Below, in pieces: positions 41,023-57,860 of a stretch of 64,000 nt of DNA. The stretch lies in the NCBI RefSeq assembly GCF_009914755.1, contig NC_060925.1; one strand, 5' to 3'. The stretch is from the human T2T-CHM13v2.0 reference genome, Homo sapiens. Under the pieces are notes generated by a model that ran no database searches, was not told where the DNA came from, and saw nothing but the letters and a program-made list of their open reading frames with translations. Position numbers and translations under genes: made by a program. Position 1 is the first letter of the stretch; each line of letters begins with the position of its first letter.

Positions 41023-41866
41023 TCTAAATCCATATAAATCAATTATTCACGCACTGAGCAGAATATTCAGGATTTTTTTTCTTATAATATAAATGATGTG
41101 GAAAACTGGAGAACCAAAGAAGAACACCAAGACTATCTAAAAGTGTTAAATTTTTCATTAGAAAGAAAATGACTTCATGACAGTTCTTAAGACAATGATA
41201 GAACTTGGGGAAATATGTATTCCTTGATGTTTCTATGCATTTGCAATAATAAACAATGAAAATATGGTTAAATTTTAGAAAGAGATAGGCCTGTGGTATT
41301 GTCACAAGGGTATACAAATACTGAGAATGACTGCTGAGGCAGTGCTCTCCATTGGTGGTGACCTTCAGAAGAGACCTGTGTTTCCACATGGCCTAGACAC
41401 CTGGAAGGCAGAGATCCTAACATTCCATGACACCCCACCTTCTAATTCTGTTATTGTGACTCCAGACCATTACCTGGCACCGGGTCTGATTTCTGGCATT
41501 CCTATCAGAGCCTGAGTCACAGACAGTACCTTAGACTCTAAGCTTAGGCACCTTGTGCCTTGTTTTTGTGGCTAAGGATTCTCAGAGTTGTAGGATGCTG
41601 ACAAAGTTTATCCCAAAGGTAATTTATGAATCAGATCTGCTTTCTTTTGACTTGTTTAAACCCTTCATTTAATGTAAAGAAACTTTATTGAGGTATAATT
41701 TACATACTATAAAATTTACCCATTATAATTGTACAGTTCAATAATTTTTAGTAATTTACCCAAGTAGTGCAACCATTACCATAATCCATGCATTTGTTTT
41801 TAATTTATTAATTGTCTGGGTTTATTCTCCCTAGGCTCTGATTGTACTTTCTCCACAAGCTTCAGC

Positions 41867-42044
41867 ATGGCAGTATCTCTCACCACTTGTTTTGGTCCAA
41901 GGGCAGAAATGAGCATCCTGGAAACCAATCAGTACTTCCGCTCTGAACTGGAAAAGTGCAAACAGAACTTCCAAGACCTCACAGAGAAATTCCTGACATC
42001 CAAAGCTACTGCCTACTCCCTGGCCAATCACCTGCAGAAATATA
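41867..42044 (+). CDS. NBPF: NBPF-like coding exon 1 (MAVSLTTCFGPRAEMSILETNQ...ATAYSLANHLQKY)
   Basis: Similar to the NBPF N-terminus (RAEMNILEINQ...ATAYSLANQLKKY); acceptor at 41834, donor GTAGGT at 42045. Confidence 0.85.
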
Positions 42045-43703
42045 GTAGGTCCCAAAGGGGCATGGTCACCGAAGTGATAAATGATTGCCCATCTTTCCTC
42101 TGTGAAATGAAACACTGCGGACTTTATTCTCTATCAAAATTAATTTTATGCTAACTACACTCCCAGAAAGGTAGAAGTGGGCCTTTTACTCTCAATTTGC
42201 CAAGGACAGAAAAACTGAGGCACAAAGGTGTAAAGTTTGCAGGGCGAGTGTAGTGAGGAATAGAGACTAAAACCTCGGTTTAGGCGTGAAACTGTCTTTC
42301 CCCTCTCAGCAATGAATATCAGATTCTACAAACATGTAACATCACTGTTGGTTAAAACATCTCAGGATTCGATTTAAACTTTTTTAAGAGCGCCCATTTG
42401 CAAAGCACTGTGCCAACAGCATCAGGGGTGATAGAAGTAATAGTATACCCTATCTGCCTTGAAGGAACTTAAAACTAGCTATTCTCAACTGAGTCACAGA
42501 TATGTGGAGATGTGAACTTCAATAGCAGACACGGAAAAAAGTCTTTATGATACCTGGATCAAGATTCTCTTCCCACAAAAGTTCAGATAAGCCATTCCTC
42601 ATGCTCTGGTTAGATTGAGGGTATTTCCAGAAAAATCAGAGACTTTGTAACACCCTTTCTGTCTCTCTCTGAGTATCAACTTTACAGACAGCAAGCAACT
42701 GCAGGTGGACATCCAGGATCAGAGCTATGAGACATATGGCCAAAATGAGAACAAGGCCAAGTGGAACAGACTACCATTCTCAATAGAAGGCCAGGCCAGG
42801 TTAGGGGCTGGCCCCTTCCTCTCCACAGTTAGCTCTCACATTTTTAAATCCACTGTAAAATCCCAAACCTGTTACTAATAGTCAGGGAAGGGAAGCTGTA
42901 ATGACAAGGAAACGTGGGAACAAGGGCATGAGAGGAACAGGGATATTAGAAGAGGATTCTTGTTAACATAGAAATTGAGTTTGTTTTCCAATTTCTACAA
43001 TTATTTTAAAATACATCATTGTGGGGGGGTGGCTAAAAGTTGCTGTGTAACTTACTGTCATAGAAAAGTAAAGCCAAAAGCCCTCTTATTAAAGAAGTGA
43101 AAAGATGAGCTTTGGTGTGTGGAAAAACTAGTTTAAAAAAAAAACCTTCACTCATTATAATTGTAGGAAAAAAATTTCTCAAGCTAGAGAAGAAGAAAGA
43201 TATTACCTAAGACCCTAGTATAAAGGTATTATTGTGCAGTGATTAAAGAGCATATACCCTAGGGCCAAATTTCCTGGGTTCAAATCTAACTTATCATCAC
43301 TGTGCCTCAGTTTTCTCATCTGTAATGGTAATAGAATAGGAACTACCTCTTTGGATGGTGGTGATGATCATATGATGATAATTCTTAAAAACCTACTGCA
43401 ACAGTACCATGACAAACACTATGTGTTGGTTCTCCCTTTAAAACACCACCTATTAGCTTTTGGGCACATATCATTTGGATCTTTCTCCTCTATATACAGT
43501 TTTACACAGCTGTATACAGATAAATGTTTAAATCTTTGAAATATTTTGGGATTATTGAAACTCCTGACACAGGAGGACCATCAGTCCTACCATTCTTAGT
43601 ATCTTCCCAAACACACAGGAAGTCATTATTTCATGCCCTTATGTTCATGTTTTACTTAAGAGGCTGTAAGGCTTGGTAAATTGGCCTTAAGATTTGAAGT
43701 CAT

Positions 43704-44008
43704 GGCTGGGTGCATTGGCTCACTTACTGCAATCCCAGTACTTTGGGAAGCCAAGGTGGGTGGATCATTTGCAGTCAGGAGTTTGAGAGCAGCCTGGCCA
43801 ACATGGTGAAGCCCTGTCTCTACTGAAAATACAAAAACTAGCAGGGTGTGGTGGGGCACACTTGTAATCTCAGCTACTTGGGAGGCTGAGGCAGGAGAAT
43901 AACCCGGGAGTCAGAGGTGCAGTGAGCCGAGATTGTGCCACTGCCCTCCAGCCTGGGCAAAAAAGTGAGATTCCATCTCAAAAAAGAAAAAAAAAAAGAA
44001 AAGAAAAA
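43704..44008 (+). mobile_element. AluS (intronic)
   Basis: Alu consensus. Confidence 0.92.
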
Positions 44009-44287
44009 GATGTGGCGTCAGACCTCAGGGGATGTGAATTCTGACTGCCTCATTCCAGCTGAATCATCTTGTCAAGTGACTTTATCAGCCTGTAGGCTTT
44101 TCTTTCCTCATCTCTAAAACAGGGAGTAGTTGAGAGACTGAGGAATACAGATATGGAAATCCCAGCGTAAAGCCTGGTACTGGGGATACTTTTATCCTTG
44201 AGATAGACCCTGCCTCCTGCCCTGCAGGCAGTGACCACAGCAGCATGGCCAGCCTTCCATGATGCAGGCATGTCTATCTTTTCTCAG

Positions 44288-44390
44288 AGTGTGAAGAGTG
44301 CAAAGACCTTATAGAATCTGTGCTGGAGGAGGAGGTGCAGTTTCAGGAGAGGGAGCTGGCCGAATTGCCGAGGTCAGCTGCAAGGCTCCG
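44288..44390 (+). CDS. NBPF: NBPF-like coding exon 2 (K-CEECKDLIESVLEEEVQFQERELAELPRSAARL-R)
   Basis: 103 nt, TTCTCAG| ... |GTAAGG; similar to NBPF CEEYKDIIDSVLRDE. Confidence 0.85.
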
Positions 44391-45485
44391 GTAAGGAGGT
44401 ACCTCTGTGGGAAGTGCATAAATACTGTTTGAAGTAGGGCAGCTCAGGCTGGTAGAACAAAGAGCAAATTTGTGCAAGGAGAAGGGCAGAAATGTATGAC
44501 TCAGGCACAGAACTAGACGAAGACACAATGAGGCTATGGTCTAGTTAGGTCTCTGGGGTTTTCCATTAAATAGCATATTAGTAAAATGGAGACAGCTGTC
44601 TGCATTGGAATACTAGCAATGTGGCTTCTATTTGTGTGTCCTTGGTCAAATTTACTTCACTTTTCTGCGTGTCATTAACCTAGGCTACCTCATTTATAAA
44701 ATGCAAATACTGACAGTATCTACTTAGAGGGTTATGAAGATTAAATGCACAATTGCAAGTAGTTAGAACCATCTCTAACACATATAAAACTCTGAACAAC
44801 TATTTTCTGTAATTATTATATTTGTTCCCATTTATAGATGTGGTGATTGTCATTAATATTTTCTATAAGAGATATTTTCAAACTTTCCAAAGTGCCTTTC
44901 ATGATAACAATGTTTCTCCTCCAAACTTTTTAAAAAAGTATTATACTAGGTGGAGTATTAACTGGTAGGGCTATTGGGTAGATAGATGATTGAGCAGCTG
45001 TTGTGTGGAAAATGAATTATTAATTCGCTCAGGACCAGCACTGACTATCCTTAGAGGGTTTCAGACATAAGGTAGATTGTAGCATTCGAAACTTCTTTTA
45101 ATCCTTTGTTGAAATGAAATCATAGAAGCTCAAATTTGTAAAACTCACCAAAGCAGAGATATTTGATTGAAGGCGGGATAGGTCTGGAGCCCCTGTTTCT
45201 CCCCAGTATGTGTCTTTACTTCCCCTGACACTTTCTAGTAACTCTAAGGAATAGAGTTTGAAAGAGGACCTGCAGATAACTACTTAGAAGACTGGTGGGG
45301 AGAAAATTCAAGCATTAGATGGGTTAGATGACTGTAAATGTTCAGTCTAGCTCTGGGATTACATGGTTCTAAACATTAACTGAATAACTACTTGTATGTG
45401 TACATACTACCGGGTGCTGTAAGTTGGGTAATAGGTAGCACTATCTTTAGACTCACAGAGCTCACACTCTACATTGGAACCCATG

Positions 45486-45863
45486 TGTATTAGTCCACTC
45501 TGACACTGCTATAAACATATATCTGAGATTGGTGATTTATAAAGAAAAGAGGTTTAATTGGCTCATGGTTCTGTGGGCTGTACAGGCTTCTGCTTCTGGG
45601 CAGGCATCAGAAAACTTACAATCATTGCAGAAGTCAAAGGGGAAGGAGGCATGGTCTTCACATGGCCAGAGCAGGAGAGAGAGAGAGAGCAAAGAGGGAG
45701 GTGCTACACTTTCAAACGACCAGACCTCATGAGAACTCACTCACTATCATGAGAACAGCAAGGGGGAAATCCACCACCATGACCAGTCACTATCCAGCAG
45801 GTCCCTGGTTGGATTACAATCCAACATGAGATTTGAGTGGGGACACAGAGCCAAACCATATCA
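45486..45863 (-). mobile_element. MST (MaLR) solo LTR
   Basis: TGTATTAGTCC ... CCAAACCATATCA with 5-bp TSD CCATG. Confidence 0.9.
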
Positions 45864-45891
45864 CCATGAGAAATATTTAAACAATAATTAG

Positions 45892-46938
<1,047 letters not shown>

Positions 46939-46989
46939 CTATTATTCACTACATTCCCTCATACATTTTACTCTTCTTTCCCACCTTAG

Positions 46990-47225
46990 GATACATGATC
47001 CCTTAATTCAGGCTCAGGCTGAAGAACTGACCCACTTACGACAGAAGATACAGGAAGGGAGAGGTGTCTGCTACCTTTTCACCCAGCATGTGAAGAACAC
47101 AGTCAAGTCTTTTGAGGGCCTTCTCAGGAACACTGACATTGCCTACTACCAGAGACAGAGATTCTGTGAGCAAATGGTACAAGGAAGCCAGCTGACAGAG
47201 ATCCTTGTCAGAAAACTTGCCACAG
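46990..47225 (+). CDS. NBPF: Coding exon 3, coiled coil, PDE4DIP-type (IHDPLIQAQAEELTHLRQKIQEGRGVCYL...KSFEGLLRNTDIAYY...KLAT)
   Basis: 236 nt, CCTTAG| ... |GTAAGT; closely resembles PDE4DIP LRQKIREGRGICYL..VKSFEDLLRSNDIDYY. Confidence 0.85.
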
Positions 47226-47369
47226 GTAAGTTGGCTACAGGCTCTGAAGACCCTTAGCTCCTCCCAAGTGCCCCAAAGTGGGGAGAAAAAATGCAAACTT
47301 ATCTCCATTATAGATTTTATTTTAGTTTTGACTATGGTCCTTAATCTGCATTCTATTGTTTTCTCTTTA

Positions 47370-50290
<2,921 letters not shown>

Positions 50291-51217
50291 GTGGTCAGAA
50301 AGAACAGTATGACAGAAGGCAGCTTGTTAGAATGGGAAGACCCATGGGCTAAGAATCAGCATTACCTAGGCTCTAGTCTCAGCACTGTATTTACTAACTT
50401 TGTGCAAGTGATTGATCCTTCTTGAATTTCTGTTTCCCCATTTGTAAAGTGGGTCAAATCATAATTCCACAGCTGCTGTACAGATCAGTTGAAGTAGTAT
50501 CTTAATGTTCATGAGTGTATTTCTCTTTCAGGGTTATTTATTTTTTTATTTTTGGGTCCCAATAAACCGTCCAAATCTTTTGGGGTTAGTTCAGGCACTG
50601 TATATAGTAGAAGCTGGTGTTAGAAAAGTTGATTTATACTGGAATATTTTTCACAGAATCAACCCCAATGCTCACTAACAAACTGAGAAGAAAAAAAAAG
50701 AATTACCCCCAACAACATCTGAGGAAGCACAACAGGGACAGACTTGAAGGCACCTGGGCAGTCCTCTGGTTTTGGAGTAGAGGTAGGACAGGGCTATTTG
50801 TCCTCTCAGAGACTGGAGCAGGTTCTGTGTGTGAGTAGCAATGGGACAAACAGTCGTGGTCTGGCAACCAGCCTGTAGCAGGAAGGAAGGTTACAACTGG
50901 AGAAGTCCAAAGGGCAGCCAGGCAAGTATTCTTTGAGCTGGGGAACAAAAGGCATTTTAAACTTTTTGCTCTGCTTCAGGCAGCTGACGTCTGGTGATGA
51001 TTCACCATATCAGGAACACCCTGTCCAGTGGGCTCAGGCAAGCCTGCCAGGCCACTTCTCTAGAGACACCACCTGAGGCCTCCTGCAATAATTCTCACAG
51101 AGCATTCTGAACATATATGTAAGGTGTTATGTCCCTGATCATATAGGGCCCATGTGTGCAATGTGTGAAATGGGACCTGCTTAATTTCTGACTAGTCTTT
51201 GTAATTTTGGTTTGCAG

Positions 51218-51269
51218 AAAATCACAATGGTAAGAAAAATGAAGACAGGCAAAAGCCACTGGCTCCCAG
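51218..51269 (+). CDS. NBPF: Olduvai small exon (E-NHNGKKNEDRQKPLAP-R)
   Basis: 52 nt, TTTGCAG| ... CCCAG|GTAACT, as in NBPF small exons. Confidence 0.8.
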
Positions 51270-52105
51270 GTAACTCTATATGATGAAGGGGCTGATAATG
51301 GACTGACCAAATCTAGAGAGAATTCCAGAAGCAAGGACTCAAGAGGTTAAAGGTCCCAGATCTAGAAAAAGCAGAAACTGCTGATTGTTCTTTTTTTTGT
51401 TGACTGATTATACAATGTGTCCTTTTAAAAATGGTTCTCTGTTCTCTTTGCAGTTGTTGTATTGGTTCCTAGTTCCTAGTAATTTCTCACACTTAGTTAA
51501 CCAGTCAGTCTTACCAAAAAGTAAACTAACCAGGGATCCCTGGTTTCTGTATCTTTAAAACCTATAGGGTTACAAACCAAAGTGAGATGCCTATCTGGTT
51601 TCTGCACAGTTGTCCTGAATTATGTTGGCAGATATTTTATAGCCAGAAATTAACCTTGAAAAATAAATTGAAACCATACCAAGTATTTAGAGCTAGGGGT
51701 CTAAAATCTGCAAAAGCCCTGGGAGGTTGTGTTGTCTCAAGAGCCAGTATTCAGTGGACCACTCCACATCATATTAAATAAAATTTAAACACAGCATTTT
51801 GAAGCCGACAGTATGGGTCACTGTGTGTCCTGTGTGCCCTGAGCGTATTGTAGAGTAGTTGTTGAGTCTGCTGCCTTATCTGTGTGTTATGAGGTCAATG
51901 CACTGATCACTTGCTTTTTTCACTTCTATACTAACTCTAGGCACACTTTACTCCCAGTCAAAAGTGGACTGTATACTTCCTCTTTGATGTGATGGTCCCT
52001 TTGGTTTTGGTGCCTCTTCCATGAGCTTCAGATCAGAACTAGCTATGTGGTTCCAGGCTGCCTTGGTTTAATCCCTTGTCTTGCCTACTTCACCTGGCTC
52101 AAGAG

Positions 52106-52260
52106 GGAAGTCCAGGAGGAAGAAATGGATGAAGTCCTGGAGGACTCACTAGATGAACAGTATTTGACTCATTCCAGCTGCCATGACTCCCACCAGCTTC
52201 CCAGCAGCAATGCCTTCCTCTTTGATGCACAGGAAGGCCCCTTGGCTGTGGAAATAGCCA
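52106..52260 (+). CDS. NBPF: Olduvai large exon (EVQEEEMDEVLEDSLDEQYLTHSSCHDSHQLPSS...LAVEIA)
   Basis: EDSLDE.YLT.S..DS.Q Olduvai signature; donor GTAAGT at 52261; the acceptor position is uncertain. Confidence 0.8.
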
Positions 52261-52659
52261 GTAAGTGCTCCTTTGATAAGAAAAATAAAGCTCCATCAAT
52301 CTCTCAGTAGCTCCTACATTCTACATGCTCACCACCTCTGTCTAAACTGAGAGATGTTATTCTCTGCAGGCAGGCCCTAAACATTCACTTTAAAAAACTG
52401 ATTAGGCTGAACACAGCTCTGGGATCAACTCTCAAGTACAGGTCCCTGGTGGGTCAGGTAATTTGCTCTGTTCCTGTCCTCACCTCAGTCCCTCTGGTCC
52501 AGACCGGCATCTGCAAGCCGGTATACTCAAAGCAGGCCAGAATGGAGAGAGTGAAGAGATTATGGCAGACTCTCTGCCACTACTGCCGCGCATGTACAAA
52601 TCTGTTTAACAGATCTTCTTCTTTAAAATGGGACATCTCATCTTTCCTGAAATATATAT

Positions 52660-52950
52660 ATTTTTTGAGACAGGGTCTCTTGTTCTGTCACCCAGGCTAG
52701 AGTGCAGTGGCATGATCTTGGCTCACCACAACCTAAAACCCAGGGTCAAATGACCCTCCCACCTCAGCCTCCTGAGTAGCTGAGAACACAGATGCATGCC
52801 ACTACTCCTGGCTATTTTTTTTGCCTTTTTGGTAGAGATGGGTTCTTGCCTTTTTGCCCAGGCTGGCCTCAAATTCCTGAGCTCAAGCAATTCACCCACC
52901 CCTGCCTCCCAAAGTGCTGGGATTACAGATGTGAGCCACCGCACCCAGCC
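52660..52950 (-). mobile_element. AluJ
   Basis: Diverged Alu consensus. Confidence 0.9.
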
Positions 52951-53746
52951 TTCCTGAAATATTCTTGATAATTATAGTTCCTGAACAGTTTTCCCAAGCT
53001 GTTCTAGCCATCCCAAGAATGTTGGCAGGCTTGTCCATATGTTTGGAGGTGCAATTATAATGGTTCCTGGGTTTCAAGCTCCAGTCTCCATCTCCCCTCA
53101 GGTGCTTGCTTTCCCATAAGGTTCCATCTGACTACTGGAATATCAGGGGATTTCCATAAAGACAAGACTTTGATCTTGGCAACCCTTTGGTAAATAGCCA
53201 GGGTTCTCAATCTTTGTGCAGCACCAAGGTATTTTTAAGATGTCTGTTAGTTTCGTCTCAGTGTTGTAATTCAATCTAAATAAACAACGAGGCTATCTGC
53301 TGGAGAAAAGGCTGAATCTAAGAGCAATGCCACCAGCATGCCCTCTTCCCAGAATAGCTCCACGCTAGCCATTGGAGCTTCTTTAGGTATATAAGAGCCC
53401 TTTAGGTTGGTAGCCTCTCTGGTGTGTGTATAGATTAAAACCTTGACCTATATCTCCTCTCCCTTACTTGAATGTTTGACTTTACTTTGGGGGCAAAAGT
53501 TTGGATTGTTAGGAGACTATATGCTTTGTATACTCTTCTATGCAATAAAAAGAGATTATATTAATTCACTCATTGAGCTTTCACAGTAATATAAACCATA
53601 TTAGGCTTGTCATTCTGTCAGTGATGGGTGTAAGTTTGTGGCTTTAATTAGTCATACCATCTTCTGACAAAGGCATCCTTATTTCTCTTTCCAATTTCAC
53701 AGTAAGGTGCAGAAGAAGGTCTTTACCATCTGTTAAAGATGTTCAG

Positions 53747-54049
<303 letters not shown>

Positions 54050-54435
54050 TATGTTCAGGAGAGATATTTTGTAGAGAGGAAGATATTCCCTAGTACCTAT
54101 AAGTCATCTCAAGGAGGTGGTCATACCTTTTCTAGTGCTAGAAAAGCCCTACTCAGAGACCTTCAGTGTTTTCCCACCTCCTGTCAACCTGCCTTATACT
54201 TCCCATATCTCCATGTGGGAGGCATCCCTGTGGAGTTTGCTTAGCACTTGGCCATGCTTTCTTTGAAACCTGAAAAGCTCTTAAAGGAAGTTGCCTTATG
54301 TTCCCTGATGAGAAGATGAAGTTGGCAAAAGAATGGTGAAAGGCAGGGATCTTGACGAGAGACCCCTGACTATCCCTTTAGTGATCAGTATCTTCACTTC
54401 CCATCTCATTCCATGTCCTGGTGGAATGGCTGCAG

Positions 54436-54543
54436 AAGATGAGATCCAGAGCCAGTGGCAGCACCTGAAGGAGACCCTTTTCATCAACAACTGCCTGTGA
54501 GAAAAGCTAGAACGTCATCACAGCAGCTTTGATGAAGAAAATG
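54436..54543 (+). pseudogene. PDE4DIP-homologous exon with in-frame TGA (DEIQSQWQHLKETLFINNCL*EKLERHH)
   Basis: Aligns with PDE4DIP EIRNLRQRLEESICINDRLREQLEHRL; TGA at 54498-54500 at an Arg position; donor G|GTAGGA. Confidence 0.7.
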
Positions 54544-55324
54544 GTAGGAGAGGCCCAAGTCAGCCTGCTTCTGGCAATATGTATTTTTCTAAAGGCATGT
54601 GACTGGGGCAGAGTTTTATAGATTTCAAGCACTTTGACATACTTTACTTCACTTATTCATTACAAATGTCCCAGCTAGAGAGGCAGGGCAGCTACTATCA
54701 TTCCTATTTATAGGTAAATAAATAGGCTTAAAGATTTGCCTTCATCTTAGAGGTATCTACCTCTAAAATCATTCTTGTGATTCCTAAGCTGTCTGCTGTC
54801 TTCTGTCTGCTGCTGTACACTGCCTGCTGTCTCTCTGCTTCTTATGTGATTGGCATTCAGTAGAACCCAGGTTTCTGAGCACCTCACATAGCAGAATGAG
54901 AGTCTCCTCTGCTGCCATCCTCATCAGCTTCCCTTATGTCTTGGTGACTCTTCATTCTACCACCCCAAGGTGGTTCTCTCCAACCCCCCTCCTCTTAGAT
55001 TGTTCTCACACAGAGGCCATCATTTCATAACATTGTGCTGGGCCAGAATAACCATAAGCAGGTCCCTTCCCATACCAAAGCAGTAACTATTTTGGAAAAG
55101 CCTCCTTCATATTGCAGCCATTGGACATGATAATACATGTGATGTGCTGGCATTTGTTGAGAATCATGTGAAAATTAAGCTTCCACCCCATCACACTAAC
55201 GTTCCAGCCCTCCACGGTTTTCTCCCTAGGCTAAGATAGAGAGGAAGAACATGAAATGTGCAGAAAGCATTCTCTTAAGCAAACGTGTATAACTTGCATA
55301 AATTGTAATTATTTCCTGGAACAG

Positions 55325-55446
55325 GATGCACCTCTAACCTCTACAGGCAAATCATAGATTCCATTGTCCAGCTGTATAATGAAAACAGAGTTCTCAGAGA
55401 AGAATACCGGAGACTCCCCCGACTTGCCTGAATCAAATTTCCAGAG
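55325..55446 (+). pseudogene. PDE4DIP-homologous exon with frameshift (CTSNLYRQIIDSIVQLYNENRVLREEYRRL..LNQISR)
   Basis: Aligns with PDE4DIP STSNFYSQGLESIPQLCNENRVLREDNRRL; 122 nt; ACAG| ... GAG|GTAAGT. Confidence 0.75.
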
Positions 55447-55759
55447 GTAAGTGGTGAAAGGCCACAATATGAAGTCACTCTCAGATGGGTCTCTTCTCTT
55501 GCCACACTCCACTGTAGAAATAAAAGAGGACGGGGAGGCCAGAGCTGCTCAAAACCTTATAACCCACAATTCTCATAGTTACTCTCAACTTAGAGAGGGC
55601 TGCTTTCTAGACACACCCCCTCCAGGCCCCCAGACTGCCAGGCTCCAGGAATAAGTAGCTCTAAGAAATACAGTATTTCAGTGTGAGCCACACCCCACTA
55701 TTGCAAATTGGAGAGGAGAAGGACAAACTTAAAAGGTGAAAAGATTTAACAGAACAACA

Positions 55760-55971
55760 GGGTGAAACCCCATCTCTAATAAAAATACAAAACTTAGCTG
55801 GGCGTGGTGGCATGCACCTGTAGTCCCAGCTACTCAGGAGGCTGAGGCAGGAGAATCATTTCAACCCAGGAGGCAGACGTTGCAGCGAGCCAAGTTTGCG
55901 CCACTGCATTCTAGCCTAAGTGACAGAGCATGACTCCATCTCAAAAAAAAAAAGAAAAGAAAGACAGAAAA
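55760..55971 (+). mobile_element. 5'-truncated Alu
   Basis: Alu linker and right arm; flanking repeat AAAGATTTAA.AGAACAA. Confidence 0.88.
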
Positions 55972-56469
55972 GATTTAAGAGAACAATTATTTTAATTGAA
56001 TACATTTTGTCAAGATTAAATCAACTTTCCCCTAGAATACTGAAAGAATAAGCAATCATAATTTAGATTCTAAGTTACTGGACTTTGAGAAAGTGTGAAA
56101 TCCAAAAAGATGCCATGAGCCAAAAAAGAGCAAAAGTCCTAATTTTCAAACTGATGAAAATAAAGTACTAAATAATTGAAATCATCGTAGTTCATCTTGG
56201 TCCTTGGCAAAATAAAAATTTATTGATTGAAATTATAATATCCTAGCTACCTTATTGTGCCTAGCTCTTACCACTGAGGAGAAAAACCAAACGCAAACAA
56301 AAGTATGTTCAAATTGGCAAAAATGTTTACAAACCTGCAAAATCTCTTCAGCCTATCCCTTAAACTGCAGGCTTGGTATTTACTAAGCTCTGTTGTGTAC
56401 AATACCCACCTTAATATCCATTCTTGCACAAGTTCTGTTAGGTATAAGCCAAAATCACATGGGATTTTT

Positions 56470-56740
56470 TTTTTTTACCCTCTCATGCCTATGTTTGCTT
56501 TTGCTTCCAAAGACCCTTCTGAGTAAGGACTGTCCTCAGACTACTGGAGTCACTTAGTCACAAGCTTGCCTGAGGCTCAGAGCTGGCAATACCTGGCAGT
56601 TTATGTCAATCCCACATGCAACCCTGCCTGCAAAGTATTTACCCATGATTGACAGGTGCAGGTGTATGAAAGCCCAGCTCCTTGACTTGAGGGGTGCGTT
56701 TGTGGTGAATTAGCTTTGGGAAAAGGGAATCCAGAGGCCA
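56470..56740. mobile_element. Old ERVL LTR fragment (LTR16-like)
   Basis: TGACAGGTGCAGGTGTATGAAAGCCCAGCTCCTTG motif. Confidence 0.5.
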
Positions 56741-57492
56741 ACTTTGTAAAAATCCAGATAGGTAAATGGAGAGAAATCTTTGCCTTGGAAGTCCAATTGA
56801 GAAAGATAGTGATTTACTTCGGACTGTGAAAAGAGAGACTAAAATCTTTACTTTCTCATGGGAAAGAAGCCTATGGTGAAAGAGAAACAAAGAAAATGGT
56901 GGGAAATAGGATAGGTCTACTCAGTAGCTTTAAACCATTCTGTCATATTATAAAGCCTGGTAAGGTTTTAACTAACACAAGTGCCTGGACTCTACACATA
57001 GAGATTCTGATTTAAATGCTTCCAGGTGGGTGGAAGACACTAGTAGTCTTAAAAAGCTCCCAAGTAATTTTAACATGTAGCTAAAGATGAAAAGGACAAT
57101 CTATCTACTAGAATGTCAAGTCGCCAGCATAGGAGTGTCCCAAATGTGCAGCTACCTCATAGAAAAGGCTTAACCCCATCCATTGATGGAATTTGCCTTC
57201 CTCTCTCCATGGTCTTGTTTGCATAGCATGGAAAAAAAGAGAAGAGAAAAAGAGGTAGATGGATAGATTGAACCTATAATTTGCCTATGTGGAGCAGTTT
57301 CTCAAACTTTTCTGACCACAAGATACAGTGAGAAATACACAATTCTTTGTGATCAGTTTTTAAAAAATCTTTTATTATGTGTAATCCACCCTTCCTGGTA
57401 TTTAAATAAAGCCTGTAGTAGTAAGCAGTCCACTATATTGATTTCACAACCCATAAGTTGTTCAGAATTGCAATTAGAAAATTTTTAATTTT

Positions 57493-57860
<368 letters not shown>

